A stretch of 64,000 bases of DNA from contig JBBRCH010000016.1 in NCBI GenBank assembly GCA_038204995.1, positions 927 to 64,926 of the forward strand. Reading direction: 5' to 3'. The notes beneath the pieces were generated by a model. It was not told where the DNA came from. It did no database searches and saw only the letters and a list, made by a program, of their open reading frames with translations. This DNA comes from Bacteroidales bacterium (GTDB lineage Bacteria; Bacteroidota; Bacteroidia; Bacteroidales; UBA4417). The position numbers were made by a program, and so were the translations under genes. Positions 63,591 to 64,000 of this stretch are shown piece by piece. Positions within the stretch are counted from its first letter, which is position 1. Each line of letters opens with the position of its first letter.

Positions 63591-64000
63591 ATGGAATCGC
63601 AAGTCGCAAATACAGCAAATCCCTTTAACAAAAAACTCGTAATAGCAGTCACCGGGCTAAATGCCATCGACAGTCCCGGTCCCGGGGTTGCCGTTATCCG
63701 TGCCATACGCGAGTGTTCTGATTTTGATGTTCGTATTGTTGGACTTTCATACGAATCGCTCGAGCCAGGCTCGTATATGCACGACCTGGTTGATAAAACC
63801 TATCATATCCCATATCCTTCAGCCGGAACCGACACACTCATGGCCAGGCTGATGTATATTCATGCTAAAGAGCATATGGATCTGATCATCCCCAATTTTG
63901 ATGCTGAACTCTATAATTTCATCAAATTGAAAGATAAACTTCAGGATGAAGGCATCAATACATTCATGCCTGATTTACAGCAATTTGAAGCCCGCGACAA
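63591..64000 (+). CDS. ATP-grasp-type (carboxylate-amine) ligase, N-terminal part only; runs off the window and is absent from the ORF track
   Basis: Stop-free frame: MESQVANTANPFNKKLVIAVTGLNAIDSPGPGVAVIRAIRECSDFDVRIVGLSYESLEPGSYMHDLVDKTYHIPYPSAG..MDLIIPNFDAEL..LQDEGINTFMP..FEARD; resembles the Rossmann-like domain preceding ATP-grasp folds. The catalytic core lies outside the window. Confidence 0.7.
   Translation, partial: MESQVANTANPFNKKLVIAVTGLNAIDSPGPGVAVIRAIRECSDFDVRIVGLSYESLEPGSYMHDLVDKTYHIPYPSAGTDTLMARLMYIHAKEHMDLIIPNFDAELYNFIKLKDKLQDEGINTFMPDLQQFEARD

Noticed and set aside
63661-63852. 63-aa ORF as a RiPP precursor
   Set aside because: It is an out-of-frame overlap within the longer open frame that starts at 63591.

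Overview
AT-rich chromosomal segment of a Bacteroidota bacterium, probably an anaerobic Bacteroidales lineage. This is inferred from TAnnTTTG promoter boxes and from Bacteroidota-type gene content (large PurL, AMP nucleosidase, solo HsdR_N, DUF3822, DUF2461). About 52 CDS: housekeeping genes (purL, deoD, holA, rsmD, coaD, pyrE, birA, rsfS, ftsH, cdsA, psd, gyrB) mixed with multi-PAS histidine kinases, two two-component systems, transporters and hydrolases. I saw no rRNA, tRNA, CRISPR array, transposase or prophage. Most notable is the start of an operon at the right edge: a stand-alone PqqD/RRE-like protein followed by an open-ended ATP-grasp-type ligase ORF (63591..>64000) missed by the ORF track, a candidate uncharacterised peptide-modification system. 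Other signals: phased direct repeats (3x TATCA at 11 bp before an SPFH-to-RHH operon; 3x GAAATGTAAA at 21 bp between a DUF1573 gene and an OmpR-type system), pyrE and a NUDIX gene head-to-head with touching start codons, a beta-propeller gene broken by one in-frame TAA, a decayed second copy of an esterase core, an attC-like hairpin, and heptad/REP-like intergenic repeats. All family calls come from reading motifs by eye; no database search was run.
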